Source: Thermoanaerobaculia bacterium (GTDB taxonomy: Bacteria > Acidobacteriota > Thermoanaerobaculia > Multivoradales > UBA5704). Taken from it: a stretch of 64,000 nucleotides of DNA. Below, one piece after another: positions 59,454 through 64,000 of this stretch (position 1 is its first letter; each line of letters opens with the position of its first letter). The position numbers and the translations under genes were made by a program. The DNA lies in NCBI GenBank assembly GCA_044226625.1, contig JBGAGQ010000001.1:160001-224000 (forward strand). The letters run 5' to 3'. Below the pieces are notes generated by a model. The model worked only from the letters and a program-made list of their open reading frames with translations. It searched no databases and was not told the origin of the DNA.

Positions 59454-60481
59454 CCGTCCTCTCCCGCGCGAAGCTCGCCCGCCCCGACCGAGGAGCGCCG
59501 GCCGAACAGGAAGAACGTGAGCGCCGCGAACAGGATCGCCGCGACGGCGATCTTCAACGGATAGGGGACGGTCTTCGCGGAAAGCTGGGAGAACGACCCT
59601 TCGATCATTCCGGCGACCACCAGGGCCGCGCACGTGCCGACGAGCATCCGCCAGACCGTCGGGAACGCTTCGCGAAGCGCCGTCGCCCGCGTCACCTCGC
59701 CCGGAAACCAGAGCGCGCGCCCGAGCACCAGCCCGGCCGCCCCGGCGAAGACGATCGACGGCAGCTCGAGCGCCCCGTGGGGGCCGACCCACGCGACGAA
59801 GAAATAGCCGACCCCGTCGAGCACGTAGGAGGCGGCGACCGCCCCCAGGATCACCCCGTTCCAGAACAGCAGCCAGACGCCGACGAACAGGGTCGCCGCC
59901 GCGAGCCCGAAGGCGAGGAACGAGACGCGGATGTTGTGGGTGTAGAGCTGAGAGCCGAAATCCGCCGCCTGCCCCACGGTCGAAATGCGCTCCTCTTTCT
60001 TCTCGATCTCGGCCACCCGCTCGCGCGGGCTCGAGGTGAAGAACTCTCCCGGCACGAGATCCTCGGCGAACGAAGGGCGCACGACCACCGCGCCGAAGCC
60101 GAGCAGGGCGCCCCCACCGAACGCGAGGGCGGCGACGATCACCGCGCCGCGCGCGGTCCGAAAGCCGGCCGGTACCTCGCGCGTGAAGAAACGAACCAGC
60201 CGTCGGGCGCCGCCGAACGCCTCCTTCCGTCGCGTCCCGTAGACGAAACGGTAGGCGCGTCCGACCAGGGCGTTGAGCGGACCGATCAAATCCGGATCGG
60301 CGGTCACCGAAAGCATCCGATTGAGGTCGCCCGCGGCCAGCCGATAGAGCCGGACGATCTCGTTCATCCGCTCCGGCCCGAGCTCCCAAGCGGGCGAATT
60401 CGCCGCGACGTCGAGCAGCTCGTCGAGCCGGCGCCAACGGTCCCGGCCATCGGCCAGCAATCGTTCCAGAGGGATGGGCAC
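59450..60481 (-). CDS. Stage II sporulation protein M (SpoIIM) family membrane protein
   Basis: HNIRV, NGVILG, PHGALEL, AGMIEG. Confidence 0.88.
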   Translation of the reverse strand: MPIPLERLLADGRDRWRRLDELLDVAANSPAWELGPERMNEIVRLYRLAAGDLNRMLSVTADPDLIGPLNALVGRAYRFVYGTRRKEAFGGARRLVRFFTREVPAGFRTARGAVIVAALAFGGGALLGFGAVVVRPSFAEDLVPGEFFTSSPRERVAEIEKKEERISTVGQAADFGSQLYTHNIRVSFLAFGLAAATLFVGVWLLFWNGVILGAVAASYVLDGVGYFFVAWVGPHGALELPSIVFAGAAGLVLGRALWFPGEVTRATALREAFPTVWRMLVGTCAALVVAGMIEGSFSQLSAKTVPYPLKIAVAAILFAALTFFLFGRRSSVGAGELRAGEDG

Positions 60482-60501
60482 GGAGAGAGTTTATCGCGGG
60501 C

Positions 60502-60612
60502 TCCCCTCCTGGCCTCCCCCGCAAGCGGAGGGAGGGACGCGTCGGTGAAACGACAGTGGAAATGCGAAGGGACCTTCCTCCCCCGCCTGCGGGGGAGGAC
60601 CAAGGTGGGGGC
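60502..60612. repeat. REP-like inverted doublet
   Basis: cctcccccgc-aa-gcggagggagg and cctcccccgc-ct-gcgggggagg, with complementary flanks. Confidence 0.7.
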
Positions 60613-60619
60613 GCCTCCG

Positions 60620-61321
60620 CTACCCCTCCGATTCCGCGTCAGGAGAAAACAGAGACAGCAGCGGCAGCCGCGTCCTCCGGCGCACCGCTTGGCGGCGAAG
60701 CCTCTCCCTCGCCGCTTCGATCTCCTCGCTCGGCAGCCGCGCCGCCAGCTTCTTGAGGCTTCGCTCGACATCTGCCGCCACCGCCGCCAGACCCTCGGAC
60801 GAGAGATCCCGATCTGCCCGCTCCAACATCTCGGCGTCGAGGGTCGCGAGCTCGCGCTCGATGCCCTCGGCGTGGGCCGACGGAACGGCGAGCGCACGCA
60901 CCCGTTGCGCCACGTCCCGCCCCGCCGCCGCGGGCGTCCGATCGAGGGCGGCGGCGAGCGTGGCGAGCCGCTCCGGCAAATCGAGCGCCGGAGCGGGAAG
61001 CGACTCGCCGACCGCTTGGAGCTCCCGAATCTCCTGCCATCCCGACTCGACCGCGGGGGCGAAATAACGGAGGGAGGAGACCCTCCCCTTGCCTCCCCGC
61101 TCCTTGCGGCGCGCGAGCACCTCGCCGAAGACCCGGTCGATCAGCTCGAACGGCACGCCGCTCTCGAACCACCCGTGAGCCACCTGCCAGTCGGCCGGCG
61201 AGAGGATCAAGGGGACCCCCCGATGGCGGGCGAAGATCTCCTCGACGGCGCGAAAGTACGCCTGATCGGGAGATTCGGGGAACAGCGTCTCGGCCGCCAA
61301 CGGGGGGAAAGGGGAAGACAC
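60620..61321 (-). CDS. Hypothetical protein
   Basis: YFRAVEExF..RG..LILSPADW..W, C-terminal LPLLSLF; coding-like. Confidence 0.7.
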   Translation of the reverse strand: MSSPFPPLAAETLFPESPDQAYFRAVEEIFARHRGVPLILSPADWQVAHGWFESGVPFELIDRVFGEVLARRKERGGKGRVSSLRYFAPAVESGWQEIRELQAVGESLPAPALDLPERLATLAAALDRTPAAAGRDVAQRVRALAVPSAHAEGIERELATLDAEMLERADRDLSSEGLAAVAADVERSLKKLAARLPSEEIEAARERLRRQAVRRRTRLPLLSLFSPDAESEG

Positions 61322-61331
61322 CGGCCCGATG

Positions 61332-63998
61332 TTATGGCACCAGCTCGATCTTCGCCTCCCTAACCTTGTCCCGATACTTGGTCACCGCATCGGCGAAATA
61401 CGCGTTCACCTCGGCCTCCACCGCCGCGAGCTTGGTCTCGGCCGCCTCGAGATACGCGAGGTGGGTGGGGCTCGGCGGCGCCCACGAGGAGGTGACGTAC
61501 GCCTGCGCGAAAAAGAGGTCGGTGAGCGCGTCGCCGAAGCGGACGATCCCGACCGTTTCCGGGCTCTGCCAAACCTTCTTCTCGAGCTTGGCGAGGCCTT
61601 CCTTCACCTCTTCTCCCAGTTTGACGAGCGGCAGCTCGTCCGCCTTGACCTCGTGCTTGCGGATCGCCTCGGCGTTCGCCGCTTTCACCCGCTCGGCCAC
61701 GGCGTCCACGTCTCTCCTCGTATCGCGGATCTTCTCGATCGCGGCGACGGCCCGATCCTGGAGCTTGCCGGTCCGCTCGATCGCGGCCTCGCGGGCGGCC
61801 CAGTCGGCGGCGGCGTTCGCGGTGCGCGGATCCTGAACGACCTCGACGCGTCCTTCCGCCTTCTCGCCGCGGAATTCGACCGTTACGCCGTAGGTCCCCG
61901 GCGGCAGCTCCGGTCCCGTGGGATCGTCCGCCGGCTCATCGCCTTCCGCCGGCGGAGGCTGTCGGAAGGCGTCGCGCTCGAGCCCCCAGACGATCCGGTT
62001 CAAGCCGCGGACCGCCTTCGTTCGCAGGGTGCGGACCACTTTTCCGGAGGCGTCGCGGATCGTCACCTTGATCTTGTCGGTGCCTTCCTTGTCGGATTTG
62101 TCGGAGGTCTTTGCGGCCTCCGCCTCCGTGGCTTTCTCCGCCGACCTCGTCGCCTCCCCGGCTCCAACGGTCGCCGACGCGGCCTTCGCCTCCCCGCCCT
62201 TGGGCTCGCCCTCGCCCTCGTCCTTCGAGCCGGGCTTCTTCGCGGCACCGGCTTTGTCGGCCTCGGCCCGCTTCTTTTCGAGGTGGGCCGCCTTGCGGGC
62301 TCGCTCGAGCTTCTCGTCCTGCCAGGGCAGGTCGTCGGCCGCCACCGAAACGTCGATCAGCGCGCCGTACGGGCGGTTCTCGCCTTGATACTCGCCGTGC
62401 CCGAGGCCGTAGCCTCCCCCGGACGGGTTCGCCCGCCAGTGCTGGCGGACGGGGCCGATCTCGAAGAGATGCAGCTTCTGCGCGAGCGCCTCGGCTTTCA
62501 GATGCCGCAGCGGCCGAATGTCGTCGATCACGAACAGCGCCCGACCGTGGGTCGCGACGACCAGGTCGCCGTCGCGCGGATGGACCACGAGGTCGTAGAC
62601 GCCGACGGTGGGAATCCCCTGGCGCCAGGCGCTCCACGACTTGCCCGCGTCGACCGACACCCAGAGCCCGAACTCGGTGCCCAGGAAGAGAAGATCCGGG
62701 TCGACCGGATCCTGCTCGATCGCCTGCGCGTAGCCGCGCAGGTTGGAGGTCGCGAGGCTCTTCCAGGTCTTGCCGTAGTCGTCGGTGCGGACCACGTACG
62801 TCGCGAAGTTCGAGCGGCGGTGATCGTCGAAGACCACGAAAGCCGTGCCGGCGGCCTGGCTCGAGACCTTCACGTGCGGGATCCAGGTGTTGGCCGGAAC
62901 GCCGGGAATATTCTTCTCGACGCTCGTCCAGGTCTTGCCGCCATCGCGAGTGATCTGCAGGCGGCCGTCGTCGGTGCCTACCCAGATCGTCCCCCGCTCG
63001 ACCGGCGACGGAGCGATCGCGAGGATCGTCGTGAAGTTCTCGGCGCCGGTGACGTCGGGGGTCAGACCGCCGCTGTCGGCCTGCTTCTGCCAAGCGGGGT
63101 TGTTCGAGGTGAGATCGGGGCTGATGATCTCCCAGGTCTCGCCGCGGTCTTTCGAGCGATGGAGGAACTGGCTGCCGAGGTAGATCGTCGCCGGGTCGAA
63201 CGGATCGATCGCGAAGCCGGCGTTCCAGTTGAAGCGCAGCTCCGTCCGCTCCGAGCTTCCCTCCTTCGCGAGCGGCGCGGGGGGCTTGATCTCCCGCGCT
63301 TCCCCGGTGTGGAGGTTCCAGCGCGACAGGTTTCCGCCCTGCCAAAGGGCGTACCCCTGCATCGAATCGGCCGGATCCGGGGTGGTGTCGAAGCCGTCGC
63401 CGCCTCCCACGGCGTCCCACTGGAAGGCCCGCAGACCGCCGTTCTGCCAAGCGGACGAGGGACCGCGCCATGAGCCGTTGTCCTGGAGACCGCCATAGAC
63501 GTGGTACGGCACGTCGTCGTCGACCCGCACGTGGTAGTACTGGGCGAGCGGCAGGGTGGTCAAGAAGCCCGCCGTCTTCCCCCCGTCGTGCGAGACCGCG
63601 ACGCCGCCGTCGTCGCCGACGTAGAGGCGCCGCGGATTCGCGGGATCGATCCACAGCGCGTGGTAGTCGCCGTGGATCGCGCTGCCGAACGCTGCGGCGT
63701 CGAGGGTCTTTCCGGCGTCGTCGGAGACCCGGACGTCGAAATCGAGGCTATAGATCCGGTTCGGCGCCTGGGGGTCGACGCGGATCTCGCAGAAGTAGAA
63801 CGGCCGCGGGTTGACGTTCGGCTCGTCGTTCGCGGTCGACCAGCTCCGGCCGCCGTCTTCGGAGCGAAGCAGCGCGCTCTTCTTCGCCTCGACCATCGCG
63901 TAGACGATCTCGGGATTCGAGCGCGAGTAGGCGAGGCCGATCCGTCCCAGCTCGCCCGCGGGCAAGCCGTCGTCCTCGGTCGCTCGCTCCCACGTCTC
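61332..63998 (-). CDS. Partial VPS10/BNR-repeat (glycosyl hydrolase-like) protein, 5' end outside the window
   Basis: Multiple SxDxGxTW Asp-boxes, YGGLQDNG, GGGDG, ATHGR. Confidence 0.88.
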   Translation of the reverse strand, partial: ETWERATEDDGLPAGELGRIGLAYSRSNPEIVYAMVEAKKSALLRSEDGGRSWSTANDEPNVNPRPFYFCEIRVDPQAPNRIYSLDFDVRVSDDAGKTLDAAAFGSAIHGDYHALWIDPANPRRLYVGDDGGVAVSHDGGKTAGFLTTLPLAQYYHVRVDDDVPYHVYGGLQDNGSWRGPSSAWQNGGLRAFQWDAVGGGDGFDTTPDPADSMQGYALWQGGNLSRWNLHTGEAREIKPPAPLAKEGSSERTELRFNWNAGFAIDPFDPATIYLGSQFLHRSKDRGETWEIISPDLTSNNPAWQKQADSGGLTPDVTGAENFTTILAIAPSPVERGTIWVGTDDGRLQITRDGGKTWTSVEKNIPGVPANTWIPHVKVSSQAAGTAFVVFDDHRRSNFATYVVRTDDYGKTWKSLATSNLRGYAQAIEQDPVDPDLLFLGTEFGLWVSVDAGKSWSAWRQGIPTVGVYDLVVHPRDGDLVVATHGRALFVIDDIRPLRHLKAEALAQKLHLFEIGPVRQHWRANPSGGGYGLGHGEYQGENRPYGALIDVSVAADDLPWQDEKLERARKAAHLEKKRAEADKAGAAKKPGSKDEGEGEPKGGEAKAASATVGAGEATRSAEKATEAEAAKTSDKSDKEGTDKIKVTIRDASGKVVRTLRTKAVRGLNRIVWGLERDAFRQPPPAEGDEPADDPTGPELPPGTYGVTVEFRGEKAEGRVEVVQDPRTANAAADWAAREAAIERTGKLQDRAVAAIEKIRDTRRDVDAVAERVKAANAEAIRKHEVKADELPLVKLGEEVKEGLAKLEKKVWQSPETVGIVRFGDALTDLFFAQAYVTSSWAPPSPTHLAYLEAAETKLAAVEAEVNAYFADAVTKYRDKVREAKIELVP

Positions 63999-64000
63999 TC

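Noticed and set aside
73-63993. Numerous long overlapping or antisense ORFs (e.g. 29160-30986, 38411-41158, 61329-63473)
   Set aside because: Typical high-GC shadow frames of well-supported genes.

Overview
High-GC (about 68% by eye) bacterial chromosomal window, densely coding. The gene content suggests Acidobacteriota (Thermoanaerobaculia-like); that is an inference only. In order, the window holds: (1) 1-9.5 kb, a co-oriented sugar/redox cluster (MDR glucose dehydrogenase end, GH63, glycogen-debranching enzyme, aquaporin, GMC oxidoreductase, secreted VOC protein, DoxX) interrupted by a 540-bp REP/MITE-like element; (2) queG, SGNH hydrolases, small DUF genes and xth; (3) a Cys-rich, PPPRP-ending leader gene with an anti-SD upstream of a CxxCxC outer-membrane barrel; (4) BlaI-BlaR1(M56) with clear operators, a ~1.07-kb imperfect tandem duplication and a frameshifted deaD; (5) an M1 peptidase, an orphan flavin halogenase-like gene and a PilZ protein; (6) a loose defence-like neighbourhood at 33.7-46.7 kb (AAA_21+DUF4276, AAA_14-DUF4143, Septu-like ATPase+HNH, NACHT) ending in a long hairpin and a degenerate 21-bp array; (7) an amidohydrolase pair; (8) two tandem lipoprotein PDZ-TPR-CHAT caspase-like proteases next to an ECF sigma factor and a zinc-finger anti-sigma carrying an LRG motif, the best candidate for an undescribed signalling system; (9) RDD, SpoIIM and a VPS10/BNR protein. 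I recognised no rRNA, tRNA, CRISPR array, transposase or integrase. Family assignments come from motif recognition, not from database searches.
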